Positions 1-9,871 of a DNA stretch of 64,000 nucleotides are shown piece by piece. A program made the position numbers and the translations under genes. Numbering within the stretch: the stretch's first letter is position 1; every line of letters starts with the position of its first letter. The notes beneath the pieces are model-generated. The model was not told where the DNA came from. It searched no databases and saw only the letters and a program-made list of their open reading frames with translations. The stretch is from an uncultured Gemmatimonadaceae bacterium (GTDB taxonomy: Bacteria > Gemmatimonadota > Gemmatimonadetes > Gemmatimonadales > Gemmatimonadaceae), in assembly GCA_963761305.1 (NCBI GenBank), contig CAVXGK010000001.1:1184001-1248000 (forward strand), read 5' to 3'.

Positions 1-531
1 CTGGCACAGGAAGCACTCGATGCACTTCCGGAACTCCTGCACGCGATCCACGTCCTGCTGATTCATTCGCCACGTGCCGTCCACGGCATCGGGCGGCCGC
101 GGCGTGAACCGCTGGATTTTCTTCTTCACCTCGAAGTTCCACGACACGTCGGTCACGAGATCGCGCACGTGCGGAAAGGCGCGCATCGGCTCGATCGTCA
201 CCGGCTTCGTCGAATCGAGATCCGACAGCCGCGTCATGCACATCAGCTTCGGCATGCCGTTGATTTCCGCCGAGCACGAACCGCACTTGCCGGCCTTGCA
301 GTTCCAGCGGCAGGCGAGGTCGTTCGCCTGCGACGACTGGATCTCGTGCACCGCGTCGAGCACGACCATGCCTTCGACGACGTCCTGCTTGTACTCGACG
401 AAGTCGCCCTTCCCCTGTTCGCCGCGCCAGATCTTGAACGTGCGGACGTCGTGCTTGGCCGATGCGTCCTGCGCCGCCTGCGCGGCGGTGAATGCGTCTT
501 TGGGTTTCGTTTCACTGACCGTCGGCGCCAT
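1..531 (-). CDS. sdhB: Succinate dehydrogenase/fumarate reductase iron-sulfur subunit (3' end runs off window)
   Basis: Not in the ORF track; read by hand. ATG at 531 abuts the sdhA stop and reads MAPTVSETKP...VVLDAVHEIQ...CRWNCKAGKCGSCSAEING...LMCMTR, the 2Fe-2S CxxxxCxxC motif; CIECFLC of the next cluster is at the window edge. Confidence 0.95.
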   Translation of the reverse strand, partial: MAPTVSETKPKDAFTAAQAAQDASAKHDVRTFKIWRGEQGKGDFVEYKQDVVEGMVVLDAVHEIQSSQANDLACRWNCKAGKCGSCSAEINGMPKLMCMTRLSDLDSTKPVTIEPMRAFPHVRDLVTDVSWNFEVKKKIQRFTPRPPDAVDGTWRMNQQDVDRVQEFRKCIECFLCQ

Positions 532-2346
532 CTATTTCATCTCCTCGATCACTGCCTGAAGGTGTTCGGGCATCGGTGGAATCGGCTCGCGCGACAGCTG
601 CATGTTGCCGTCGCGATCCTTGCGCACCACGAGATTGAACGTCGCGTACGACGGATCCTTGTCCGGATAGTCGTCCCGGAAATGACCGCCGCGACTTTCC
701 TTCCGCTCGATCGCGCACCGCGTGATCGCTTCGGACACAGTGAGCAGGTTGGTGAGGTCGAGCGCCGTGTGCCAACCGGGATTGTACTCGCGGTTCCCGG
801 GCACGCGCACTCGGTCGGCCCGTCGCTTGAGATCGCCGAGCGCCTTGAGCGCGAACTCCATCTGATCCTGCGCGCGCACGATGTTCACGTTGTCCTGCAT
901 GATCTCTTGCAGCGCCTCCTGCACCTGATACGGCCCTTCGCCGCCGTCCGCTCGCTCGAATGGCGCGAGCGCCGTGCGCTCGGCCGCGGCCACCGCGTTC
1001 TTGTCGATCGACACGGCGCCGTTCGACTTGGCGAACTTGGCCGCGTGCTCACCCGCACGCTTGCCGAACACGATGAGGTCCGACAGCGAGTTTCCGCCGA
1101 GCCGGTTCGCGCCGTGCAGGCCGGCGCCGCACTCGCCCGCGGCGAACAGCCCGGGCACGGTCGACATCTGCGTGTCACCCTCGACGCGAATGCCGCCCAT
1201 GATGTAGTGCGTCGTCGGACCGATTTCCATCGGCTCCTTGGTGATGTCGATCCCCGCCAGCTGCATGAACTGGTGATACATGCTCGGCAGCTTGCGCTTG
1301 ATGTGCTCTTCGGCGTTCGGGAGCTTCTCCTTGATCCACGAAATGTCGAGGAAGACGCCGCCGTGCGGTGAGCCGCGGCCTTCGCGCACCTCGCGCACGA
1401 TCATGCGCGCCACGTGGTCGCGGGTGAGCAGTTCCGGCGGGCGACGCGAGTTCTTGTCGCCCTGCGTGTACTTCCAGCCTTCCTCGGGAGTGTCGGACGT
1501 CTGGGACTTATAGTTGTCCGGGATGTTCTCGAACATGAATCGCTTGCCGTCGCGATTCTTGAGCACTCCGCCCTCGCCGCGCACACCTTCCGTGACGAGA
1601 ATGCCGCGCACGCTCGGCGGCCAGATCATTCCCGTGGGATGGAACTGCACGAACTCCATGTCCTGGAGCGCCGCGCCGGCGTGATAGGCGAGCGAGTGAC
1701 CGTCGCCCGTGTACTCCCAGCTGTTCGACGTGATCTTGAACGCGCGACCGACGCCGCCCGTCGCCAGCACGACCGCCTTCGACTTGAAGACTTTGAACCG
1801 CCCGCGCTCGCGATCGTACGCGAATGCGCCGACGACGCGATCGCCGTCCTTGAGCAGCGTGACGACCGTGCACTCCATGTGCACGTCTACGCCCTGATGC
1901 ACGCCGTGATCCTGCAGCGTGCGAATCAGCTCGAGTCCGGTGCGGTCGCCGACGTGCGCGAGCCGCGGATAGCGATGGCCGCCGAAATTGCGCTGGAGGA
2001 TTCGGCCGTCGGGCGTGCGGTCGAACAGCGCGCCCCACGCCTCGAGCTCCTTCACGCGCTCGGGCGCTTCCTTGGCGTGCAGCTCGGCCATCCGCCAATT
2101 GTTGATGTACTGGCCGCCGCGCATGGTGTCGGCAAAGTGCACGCGCCAGTTGTCGCGGTCGTCGACGTTGCCCATCGCCGCGGCCATGCCACCTTCGGCC
2201 ATCACCGTGTGCGCCTTGCCGAGCAGCGACTTGCACACGAGACCCACGCGCGCACCGTTCGTCGACGCTTCGATCGCCGCGCGAAGACCCGCGCCTCCGG
2301 CGCCGATCACCAGCACGTCGTGTTCGATCGTCTGGATCTCGCTCAT
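532..2346 (-). CDS. sdhA: Succinate dehydrogenase/fumarate reductase flavoprotein subunit
   Basis: GAGGAG FAD motif, AHTVMAEGG covalent-FAD His, QFHPTG, EGVRGEGG, HYIMGG, LHGANRLGGNSL, ESRGGH. Confidence 0.97.
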   Translation of the reverse strand: MSEIQTIEHDVLVIGAGGAGLRAAIEASTNGARVGLVCKSLLGKAHTVMAEGGMAAAMGNVDDRDNWRVHFADTMRGGQYINNWRMAELHAKEAPERVKELEAWGALFDRTPDGRILQRNFGGHRYPRLAHVGDRTGLELIRTLQDHGVHQGVDVHMECTVVTLLKDGDRVVGAFAYDRERGRFKVFKSKAVVLATGGVGRAFKITSNSWEYTGDGHSLAYHAGAALQDMEFVQFHPTGMIWPPSVRGILVTEGVRGEGGVLKNRDGKRFMFENIPDNYKSQTSDTPEEGWKYTQGDKNSRRPPELLTRDHVARMIVREVREGRGSPHGGVFLDISWIKEKLPNAEEHIKRKLPSMYHQFMQLAGIDITKEPMEIGPTTHYIMGGIRVEGDTQMSTVPGLFAAGECGAGLHGANRLGGNSLSDLIVFGKRAGEHAAKFAKSNGAVSIDKNAVAAAERTALAPFERADGGEGPYQVQEALQEIMQDNVNIVRAQDQMEFALKALGDLKRRADRVRVPGNREYNPGWHTALDLTNLLTVSEAITRCAIERKESRGGHFRDDYPDKDPSYATFNLVVRKDRDGNMQLSREPIPPMPEHLQAVIEEMK

Positions 2347-2380
2347 CGCAAACCACGACCGGCGCAGGGAGCCACATACC

Positions 2381-3181
2381 TCATAGCAACCTCCAGTCGT
2401 GCCAGACGCCCATCGAGCACATGCGGACGTAGAGATCCGAGAAGGCCACGCCGATGAGGCTCATCCACGCCCACTTCATGTGCCAGCGATTCAGGCAGCT
2501 CGAGCAGTCGTACGCGACCTTACGCACGGGATGCCGCGAGAGCTGGTCGAGAAACCCGCCGACAATGTGGCGCATCGAGTGGCAGCCGAGCGTGTAGCAG
2601 GTGAGCAGCGACACGTTGAGCGCCAGCACCAGCGTCCCCACGCCAATCCCGAACTTCACGCCGCCCACGCCGTCGCTGAACCAGAGCGCCTCCCACACGT
2701 CGCGCGCCAGGAAGAACAAGAACGCCACCGCGATATATAGGAAGTAGCGGTGGATGTTCTGGATGATGAGCGGGAAGTACCGCTCACCCAAATAGCTCTT
2801 CCGCGGCTCCCCGACCGCGCAGTTCGGCGGATCGGCCCAGAACGCCTTGTAGTATGCGCCGCGGTAGTAGTAGCACGTGACCCGGAACAACCCGGGAAAC
2901 GGCAGGATGATTAGCGCCGGTGAGAACGGGGCGAACGCCGGCCACCACGTGGGCTTGGGGCCGAACCACGCGTGCGGCGAATCGCCGAAGATCTCCGGCG
3001 AATAAAACGGTGAGAGATACGGGCCGTACGTGTAGTGGGCGTTCTGGAACGCGGCCCACGTCGCATACACGACGAAGCCGCCGAGGAGCGTGAAAACGAC
3101 GAGGGGCTGAAGCCACCATGCGTCGCGCCGCTGGGTTTCACCGAAGCCGCGGTGAAGGAGCGGGAGCGGTGCATGCGCCAT
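2381..3181 (-). CDS. Succinate dehydrogenase membrane anchor, Sdh1-like single subunit
   Basis: Multi-TM 266 aa directly upstream of sdhA; motifs SPFYSP, RVTCYYYRGAYY, GCHSMRH resemble the mycobacterial Sdh1 anchor (Rv0249c type). Confidence 0.8.
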   Translation of the reverse strand: MAHAPLPLLHRGFGETQRRDAWWLQPLVVFTLLGGFVVYATWAAFQNAHYTYGPYLSPFYSPEIFGDSPHAWFGPKPTWWPAFAPFSPALIILPFPGLFRVTCYYYRGAYYKAFWADPPNCAVGEPRKSYLGERYFPLIIQNIHRYFLYIAVAFLFFLARDVWEALWFSDGVGGVKFGIGVGTLVLALNVSLLTCYTLGCHSMRHIVGGFLDQLSRHPVRKVAYDCSSCLNRWHMKWAWMSLIGVAFSDLYVRMCSMGVWHDWRLL

Positions 3182-3308
3182 TGATTTCTGGGGTTGAAAG
3201 GAAAGAAGCGACGCCGAACGGAATGTATCGCGGTCCAGGTGCCAAACGCGCGGGAAATCGACTGCGGGCGCACGACAGCGTCAATGCCTTGCGTGTCGCT
3301 CATCGATC

Positions 3309-4203
3309 TCACGGCGGGGGTCGATCGCCGGTGTCGAACACGAACGGAAACTCGACGAGCTGCGCGACCGGACACCCGCGGATGGTGGCGGCGTTGAAGG
3401 TCTGCGCGCCCAGAGCGACGATCGCCGCGCGAGCGAACTCGAACGACGTCGCGCGTACGAGCTCCACGGTTTCGAGCGCCGGCTTCCCATCGCGATCGAC
3501 GATGAACCGCAGGACCACTTCGCCGTGATCGAAACCGGCGTTGAGCGCACCCGCCGGAAATGCCGGGCGCTGTCGGCTCAACGGACTCGCGTCGCGGACA
3601 CGCACGCGTGGAAAAACGCCTTGCGCGATGCGTCGCGCCTGGTCGATGGAATCGGTGGAAATTCGAACTTCGAGCCGCCACTGGTCCCCCGACTCGGGCC
3701 TCAACGCTCTTCCGGCCCGGGCGGCCGAGCGAATCGCCGTTACGACCGCGGAGTCGAATCCCGGCAAAAGCGAAGAGCGAAGAACGCGTGGTCCATCCGT
3801 CGAACCCCTGTCCGTCAACTCGACGCGATAATCCCCAAGAATGCTCGCTACGCGCGGGACACCGACGCTATCCCCCGCTGAGGAGATCCGCAGACCGCGA
3901 ACGAGCGATGGCCCATCGAACACCGACAGCCGGAACGGGCGCGGCGCGACGAAGAACCGCGAGATCCGCGACTCCAGCAGATCGCGCCGTTCGGGCGACA
4001 TCCAGTCTCCATCCAGCTGCGCGACGGAGACGAAGATCGCGGTCGCCACGGAATCGACGGCGGCGGCGTGGGCGACGATCGAATCGCATCGCGCGCTGTC
4101 CGGGCGCGACTGGCCCGCGAGACGCCGAACCGGCGACGCCGAGCAGAGCCATCGCAATAGCTCCCGAAGTCGCCACCGCGCGCACCACGTCGGGTACTCT
4201 CAT
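3309..4203 (-). CDS. TonB C-terminal domain protein, probable frameshift near 4120
   Basis: C-terminus GEVVLRFIVDRDGK...FARAAIVAL...FNAATIRGCPVAQLVEFPFVF is a TonB_C pattern; signal-like N-terminus MRVPDVVRAVATSGAIAMALLG lies in another frame starting at ATG 4203, which overlaps the upstream stop. Confidence 0.7.
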
Positions 4204-4904
4204 CTGCCGGCGGCGACTCCTCGCCATTCGCCGGTCACGCGCGCCGACTTGACGTAATCGAGCTTGGGAAACGCACGCGTGAGATACGCGTTCCCTTGCC
4301 GGTTGATAGAATCCTGCGACGGTCCCTGCCCGCGGCCGCCGGGGCGAGCGGCTTCACCATAGCCTGAGTAGAGCGAGTCCACGACCTGCATTCCCGTGAT
4401 CACCTCGGCGATCGGTGGAAAGCCGAAACCGTTCAGCGTGTCGAGCCGCGCGTTGTCTTTGAGATTGATGTAGAGCTGCGTCGATCGCGTGCCCGGACCG
4501 CCGCGCGCATACGAGATCGTGCCGCGCGCGTTGGTGTGCTTGACCGGTTCGTCGGCGATCGCGCGAATTCGCCACGCCGAGGTGAGCCGCGGATCGGCCG
4601 CGAGCCCGAACTGTGCGACGAAGTCCTTCACGACTCGAAAGAACCGCGCGCCGTCGTAGTAGCGGTCGCGCACCAGCGTGTAAAAGCGATCGACGCCGTT
4701 CGGCGCCCACGCCTTGCGCGCCATCACGTCGAACGCGCCGCCACTCGTCTCGAATCGCACGACGAAGCTGTCCGGCACCGCGACGTCGAGATCGCCTCGT
4801 CTGTTGGGGCCGCGCGCGAGACACCCGCTGGCGATCGCGATCGTGCTCAACCCGGCGATCGCCAATCGACGTCCCGCTTCTCGGCAACGCTGCGGCACGG
4901 TCAC
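4200..4904 (-). CDS. Cyclophilin-type peptidyl-prolyl cis-trans isomerase, probably exported
   Basis: YYDGARFFRVVKDFVAQFG, NARGTISYAR, TRSTQLYINLKDNARLD; GTG start at 4904 overlaps the upstream TGA. Confidence 0.9.
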   Translation of the reverse strand: MTVPQRCREAGRRLAIAGLSTIAIASGCLARGPNRRGDLDVAVPDSFVVRFETSGGAFDVMARKAWAPNGVDRFYTLVRDRYYDGARFFRVVKDFVAQFGLAADPRLTSAWRIRAIADEPVKHTNARGTISYARGGPGTRSTQLYINLKDNARLDTLNGFGFPPIAEVITGMQVVDSLYSGYGEAARPGGRGQGPSQDSINRQGNAYLTRAFPKLDYVKSARVTGEWRGVAAGR

Positions 4905-5437
4905 TGCTTCGCGTTCGGTTGCGGTGGACCGGCCATGAGCGCGTCGGATACCCGCTCTCGCTGATGCCCGTTGATGCTCGTGAGCAGGCCTATGAAGTTC
5001 GCGTTCTCCATCAGCGTCCGCTCGCGTTTGATCGTCTGTTCGGCGGTCGGCCCGACGAATTGCGCTCGGTCGAGCTTCTGCTCGTCGGCGATGCGCGCGA
5101 CCGAGTCCGGATAGAGGAACACCTCGAGCCGCGCGAGTTTGCCGATCTTCACGACGAACGCCGTCGCGGTCCCGGTCCCGCCGATCGATCTCTCTTCGAC
5201 CCTCTCTGTCGAATCCAGACGCGGCGCCAACCCCGCGCGGTCGAGTCGGTACAACACCGAGCACTTCGCCCACAGGCCGTTCGCCGGACACTCCGGCCCC
5301 GGCGCCGTATCGACCGTGTTCGATGCGACGCTGGAATCCGGACTGCTGCCGCTCGACGCCGCGTCGGATTTCCCGCTCGGCGAATTCGAGCAGGCTCCGA
5401 CCACGACGACGCAGACCGCCGCGACGAGCTTAAGCAT
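4901..5437 (-). CDS. Hypothetical lipoprotein
   Basis: MLKLVAAVCVVVVGAC lipobox-like signal, Ser-rich linker, globular C-terminal part; overlaps both neighbours. Confidence 0.7.
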   Translation of the reverse strand: MLKLVAAVCVVVVGACSNSPSGKSDAASSGSSPDSSVASNTVDTAPGPECPANGLWAKCSVLYRLDRAGLAPRLDSTERVEERSIGGTGTATAFVVKIGKLARLEVFLYPDSVARIADEQKLDRAQFVGPTAEQTIKRERTLMENANFIGLLTSINGHQRERVSDALMAGPPQPNAKQ

Positions 5438-6715
5438 CGTCGGATGATGCGGCGACGGGCTCGGGGTCCGCAACATTCAGCTCGACACGTCGCCGCCCGA
5501 CGATCGTGGCCGCGACGAGATCGCCGGTGACATTGGCCATCGTCGCGAACAGATCGGGAATCGTGTCGGCGCCGATGAGGAGCGCCGCCCTGCCGCCGGC
5601 ACGCCGATGCCGAGCGACGTGATGACCGTCGCAAGCATCAGCATCGCGCCTTGGGGAACGCCCGGAATCGTGAAGCTCAGGACGACCGACGTGAGCGCGA
5701 CCGTGACGATTGTGCTCGCGCCGAGGACGACACCGTAGAGCTTGGCCAGGAACAACGTCCCAATGAGCCACGCGATCGGAGTCACCACCTTGAATACCGA
5801 TACCGACAGCGGAAGCACGAAGCCCGTGATCGTCGGTGGCAACTCGAGCGACTGGGCGCCTTCGATGAGCGCCGGCAGCGACGCGAGCGATGAGCTCGAG
5901 CTTACAGCGATAGTCTGGGCCGGAAGTCACCGCGCGCGTGAATCGCGGCAACGGAATGCCTCCCGCGACCGCCGCCACCGGATACGTGAGCAACGCGAAC
6001 AGCACGACGGCCGCCGAGTACGCGAGGACGTAGTACACCATCGCGCTCGCGAGCGAGATCCCGACGCGCGCCGCCATCGCCAGCACGAGCGCGAACACAC
6101 CGATCGGCGCCGCGATGATGACCCAGTCGACGATGGCCCGCGTCGCGCCCGCGATCGCGCTGAACACGTCGATGAGCGACTGCCGCAGCCGCGCGTCGAT
6201 TCGCCTCGCCGCGAGCGCGAAGAACACCGTAAAGACGATCAGCGGCAACATCGCTCCGTCGGCCGCGGACTTCATCGCGTTGGCGGGGACGAGCGACGTC
6301 ATCCAGGCGCCGAATCCCGGCACTTGGTTCAACTGATTCGTCGTCTCTCCCGCGGTCGCGGCGACCGAAGCGCGAAGACTCTCCGTCATCGCCGACGAAA
6401 GCCGCATGTCGGCGATCAGCGGCGGTCCGATCAGCAGGCCGAGCACCGCGGCGAACAGCAGCAACCCGATGAACGCGGCAAGGGTCTTCACGCCGACTCG
6501 GCCGAGTCCTTCACCCCACTCGGCCCGGCGACGCCCACAAAAACCAGGGACACGACCAGTGGGAGCACGGTCATGCGGACCGCGTTCAGCCACAGCTGGC
6601 CGATCGGTTCGATGAACCCGACGACACGAAGCGCGACCGGGCTGTTGGACGCCCCGATCGCGCTTCCGATGATCAAGCCCGCGATGAGACCGATGACAAC
6701 GCGATGAACGCGCAT
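5430..6715 (-). CDS. Dicarboxylate/amino acid:cation symporter (DAACS), split by about three frameshifts
   Basis: Pieces PIGQLWLNAVRMTVLPLVVSLVF, APIGVFAL, FVLPLS, PGVPQG and DTIPDLFATMANVTGD are spread over ORFs 6488-6715, 5430-6593 and 5477-5842. Confidence 0.85.
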
Positions 6716-6727
6716 CGGCCGGCCTTG

Positions 6728-7213
6728 TTAGCGTTTTTTCGTCTTGCCGCGCACCGCGCTCTTGGTTGGCCGGGCCGCGCGCTTGACGCCTTTGCCTTTC
6801 GACGGCGCCTTTGTCCGAACCGGGCGCGCTGCCTTGGTGCTGGGAGCTCGACGCGCCGGACTCTTCTTGGCCGCCGTGGCTTTTTGGGGCGCCTTGACCT
6901 TCACGGTCGGCGCCTTCTCCGCGACAGGCTTCTTGGCGACAACCACGGGGACTGGTGCGGGCTTGGGGGCGGCACCCGGTGGGAGCGGATTCGTCCGCGG
7001 ACGGCCGCCCTTTCGAGCCAACTGCGCGTCGGCCAACATCTTGGCGAATGCTTCCTTCGCCTCGGCCATCAGCTGGGAGTGCGAGATCCGGCGCTCGGCA
7101 AGGGCGCGCTCCTTCTCTTGCCGATATATCGACTGAGCTGTGGAGCTCTCTGCTTTCTCCGGATTGTCCGGATTGTCCGGATTGTCCGGCTTGTCAGCGG
7201 GATCGGAGGTCAT
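6728..7213 (-). CDS. Basic Lys/Ala/Pro-rich protein, histone H1-like tail
   Basis: N-terminal DNP repeats, helical middle, RKGGRPR motif, very basic AKK/PAR-rich C-terminus. Confidence 0.6.
   Translation of the reverse strand: MTSDPADKPDNPDNPDNPEKAESSTAQSIYRQEKERALAERRISHSQLMAEAKEAFAKMLADAQLARKGGRPRTNPLPPGAAPKPAPVPVVVAKKPVAEKAPTVKVKAPQKATAAKKSPARRAPSTKAARPVRTKAPSKGKGVKRAARPTKSAVRGKTKKR
7158..7193. repeat. 9-bp tandem repeat (TCCGGATTG)x3 plus one variant, encoding DNP repeats
   Basis: tccggattg tccggattg tccggattg tccggcttg read directly. Confidence 0.9.
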
Positions 7214-7300
7214 GGTAAGCCTCGAATCTAGCGAATCGGAGCCCTCTTAGGGAGTTCGAGCGCTGTCCGTGCCGAACGCCTCCGTCGCCCCAGTCGCGAC

Positions 7301-7717
7301 TCAAGCGTTGTCTTTGGGTCGCGCCGCCCGGCGCATCTGGTTGATCCCGTTGATCATCATCGCCAGCTCGGCCTGCTTGTCCGGGTTTTCGCGAATGATG
7401 TCGTCCAACAGCGCCGACGCCTCGTCGTCATCCACCCGAGTCGGCTCGGCGGAAAACCGGCGGTTGTTCATGTGGCGCATGGGATCGATGTAGACGGGGT
7501 TCTCGAGAACCAAGTCGTGCCCGTCGTACTGAATTCGGACGGCGTAGAACTTCTTGCCGGCCTTTTCCATGTAGCTCACGCGAATGCCGTCGATTTTCGG
7601 CGGCCACGGCGGCAGTGGGCGCTCGTCACCCTCAGTCGTGCGATAGGTCGTGGTACCCGGCTGAAGATGCGAGTAGTTCGACTCGAACGACCCGTTGTAC
7701 ATGTAGGCGTGGCGCAT
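7301..7717 (-). CDS. Hypothetical protein
   Basis: 138 aa, protein-like composition, GAGG RBS-like sequence before the ATG. Confidence 0.75.
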   Translation of the reverse strand: MRHAYMYNGSFESNYSHLQPGTTTYRTTEGDERPLPPWPPKIDGIRVSYMEKAGKKFYAVRIQYDGHDLVLENPVYIDPMRHMNNRRFSAEPTRVDDDEASALLDDIIRENPDKQAELAMMINGINQMRRAARPKDNA

Positions 7718-7851
7718 GAAGCCTCAGTTGCGGTGAATAGCAGAGCTCAGAACCGCGGAACCGTCAAAGCCGAGCTTCCTCCGCGAACAAAATGGCCCAC
7801 GAAGGCGCGGCGTGCTACCCTGTCCTGCGCGACGGCGTCGTGCCTGTGGCG

Positions 7852-8404
7852 TTACACGTGGTGCTTTGCGGACGCGGCCGGGCTTTCGCGGTCGGCGTCG
7901 AGCCATTCGCGCGGATTCCACGTCACCGGCATCGCGCCCACGCGCTCGAAGCGAATTCGCGGATCGTTCGATTGCACCAGCGCGAGCAGCCGGCGTCCCG
8001 TGAGCAGAAACCGGCGCGAGGTCGACTCAATGCTGTCGAGAATCGTTTGCGCGAGTTGCGGCTGAGCCTTCGCGAAGACGTCGTAGCCGCGGAAGGCGAG
8101 GACGAGCCCACCGTCGTCCGGCACCTCGAGTTCGCGCGAGGCAGTCGACCCAGGACATGAGATTCGGCGCGTAATGCGATGGAAAGCCGAGCACCCGCTT
8201 GGCATCGGCGTGAAACGCTTGCGGCGTGCTCCACGCGGCGGCCTCGAACTCGCGAACAACGTACTTCTGCTGTCGAAACCACGCGAGGTCGGCGGACAGG
8301 ATCGACGGCTTGTGGTACAACGCGACGGCGCCGCGTTCCATGAGCTTCCAGTCGAGGCGAGCGGATTCGGCCGGAGCTTTTTCCTTTCGTCTGAAGAAGG
8401 CCAT
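7852..8404 (-). CDS. Barstar-family protein, frameshift near 8135
   Basis: FHADAKRVLGFPSHYAPNLMSWVDCL matches the barstar L-x-F-P-x-(Y/W)-G-x-N-L-D-A-x-x-D-x-L pattern; continues in another frame as ELEVPDDGGLVLAFRGYDVF. Confidence 0.7.
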
Positions 8405-8602
8405 CAGGCTTTGGCGGCGCGCAGCGCGCGAGCGGACGTTGAAGAGTCCTCGCAGGATGAAGACCGCCGCGAACGCGACGTCGAGGAATCGGGACGGCGT
8501 CACCGTCGAATGGGGCCGCCAGAGCGGGCGCACGGCGACGTAGCCCCCGAGCCCGATGAGAATGACGCCGAGGAGGAGTCTGAACGCCGAGCCGGGCTTC
8601 AC
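8404..8602 (-). CDS. Small two-TM membrane protein (in frame with barstar as assembled)
   Basis: GTG at 8602 overlaps the upstream TGA; two hydrophobic helices; a TGATG at 8402-8406 suggests a separate gene with one indel. Confidence 0.55.
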
Positions 8603-8928
8603 GGTTGTCGAAAGATGAAATGATAGAGGAAGTACTGCGACGAGACGACCGGCACCGCCAGCGGGAGCAGCTCGAGGATCCAGCGGGTCGGCCATCGCCC
8701 GCGCATCGCCGTGCCGGCGACGATCTGCAGCGTGCCGAACGCCCAGCCGGTGTAGAGGTAGTAGGCGCGCAGGCGCGAGATATACCCGACTTCGACCCGC
8801 CAGTACACCGCGAAGGCGAGTCCGCCGACCGTGAGCGCCACGCCCACCAGGAGGTTGGCCCATCCGACGACGCGCTCGATCTGCAGCTTGGCCCGCTCGA
8901 GATCGGCGTGCCGGGAGGGCGCGGTCAG
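8599..8928 (-). CDS. Small three-TM membrane protein, start uncertain (possibly CTG)
   Basis: C-terminal ~109 aa of ORF 8599-9414 is hydrophobic and fills the gap between neighbours exactly. Confidence 0.6.
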   Translation of the reverse strand: MTAPSRHADLERAKLQIERVVGWANLLVGVALTVGGLAFAVYWRVEVGYISRLRAYYLYTGWAFGTLQIVAGTAMRGRWPTRWILELLPLAVPVVSSQYFLYHFIFRQP

Positions 8929-9329
8929 ATTCCCGCCCCGCGCCGTTCCACGCGCAACGGCACCCGCGCCACCGCACGGTCGTTGACGCGCACGTCGAAC
9001 GTCCACGTCCCATCGCGCGGGAAGCCGACGTTCATCGGCAAGACCAGATCGTACGCGAGCGGGAGCCCGGCGACGGTCGGCGAGTCGAACGTCACCGGCG
9101 TCGCGGTGAGGTTCACCATCTCGTTGCCGTCCTCGTCGACGATGTGAATCGAGATTCGCTGCCGGGACCCGTAGTCGAGCGGCTCGATGTCGAATCGCAC
9201 GGCCAAGGTCACGTCGAGCTTGGCGGGCAGCTCGGTCGCGTAGCGGCAGTTGTAGACGCCGACGACGTCCAGCTTGCCGTCGGCGCGCACCTGGGCGCGT
9301 TCGGCGATCACGGCAATCGTCGGAATCAT
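8925..9329 (-). CDS. DUF6941-like beta-sandwich protein
   Basis: AQVRADGKLDVVGVY N-terminus and FPRDGTWTFDVRVND C-terminus recalled as typical of this family. Confidence 0.6.
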   Translation of the reverse strand: MIPTIAVIAERAQVRADGKLDVVGVYNCRYATELPAKLDVTLAVRFDIEPLDYGSRQRISIHIVDEDGNEMVNLTATPVTFDSPTVAGLPLAYDLVLPMNVGFPRDGTWTFDVRVNDRAVARVPLRVERRGAGI

Positions 9330-9379
9330 CGGCGGAATAATCGAAAGCGCGACGGGAAGCTATGACGCGGACAGGGGGG

Positions 9380-9745
9380 CTACTCGACCCACCCTCTGGC
9401 GCGCCACTGGTCATAGCCCTTACGCGTGATGTCGGCCAATTCGCTGAACAGGTCCGCGTCGACCGCGGTGAAGTTGAAGCACGCCTTTCCCTGCATCCGC
9501 TTCTTGAGCGCCGGCGACATCACGGTTCCCATGCCGCCGTAGACCGGCATGAAGTAGTAGCTGACGTAGTTCTTCTGGATCTTCGCCGCCGCGAACATGA
9601 TCGGCTTTCGGTTCGCGCCCAGCGTGTGGGTGTCCAGATAGTAGTAGTCGGACTTGTCGTGGACGGTCTTCAGGTTCGGTGCGTACGGTTTGAGGAGCGT
9701 CTTGAGCGCCTTGAAGACCGGAACGAACTCAGCGCGGGGTGGCAT
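9380..9745 (-). CDS. DUF1801/YdhG-like protein
   Basis: KNYVSYYFMPVY...LKKRMQGKACFNF motif. Confidence 0.7.
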   Translation of the reverse strand: MPPRAEFVPVFKALKTLLKPYAPNLKTVHDKSDYYYLDTHTLGANRKPIMFAAAKIQKNYVSYYFMPVYGGMGTVMSPALKKRMQGKACFNFTAVDADLFSELADITRKGYDQWRARGWVE

Positions 9746-9783
9746 GGGACGGAGGGATCGGGGAGACTCAAAGTATGACGGGA

Positions 9784-9824
9784 GTGGACCACGCGTCCAC
9801 CGGTCCACCGGTCCACCGGTGCAC
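9784..9824. repeat. Octamer tandem repeat (GTCCACCG)x3 with degenerate flanks
   Basis: gtccaccg at 9795, 9803 and 9811, then gtgcac; an inverted gtggacc at 9784. Confidence 0.85.
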
Positions 9825-9842
9825 TTCCCGCACAAGAACTAT

Positions 9843-9871
9843 TTGCCACTTTCTGGCTCATGTATTAGCTT
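9843..9871 (+). promoter_or_regulatory. Putative sigma-70 promoter of the cold-shock gene
   Basis: TTGCCA-17 bp-TAGCTT about 210 nt upstream of the csp ATG; long leaders are typical of cspA-like genes. Confidence 0.55.

Noticed and set aside
169..2457. Long + strand ORFs over the sdh genes (169-1371, 1414-2457)
   Set aside because: Antisense shadows of high-GC coding sequence; Arg/His-rich with no motifs.
5430..6715. Programmed frameshifting in the DAACS gene and other split genes
   Set aside because: Several shifts per gene in unrelated families without consistent slippery motifs; sequencing error is more likely.
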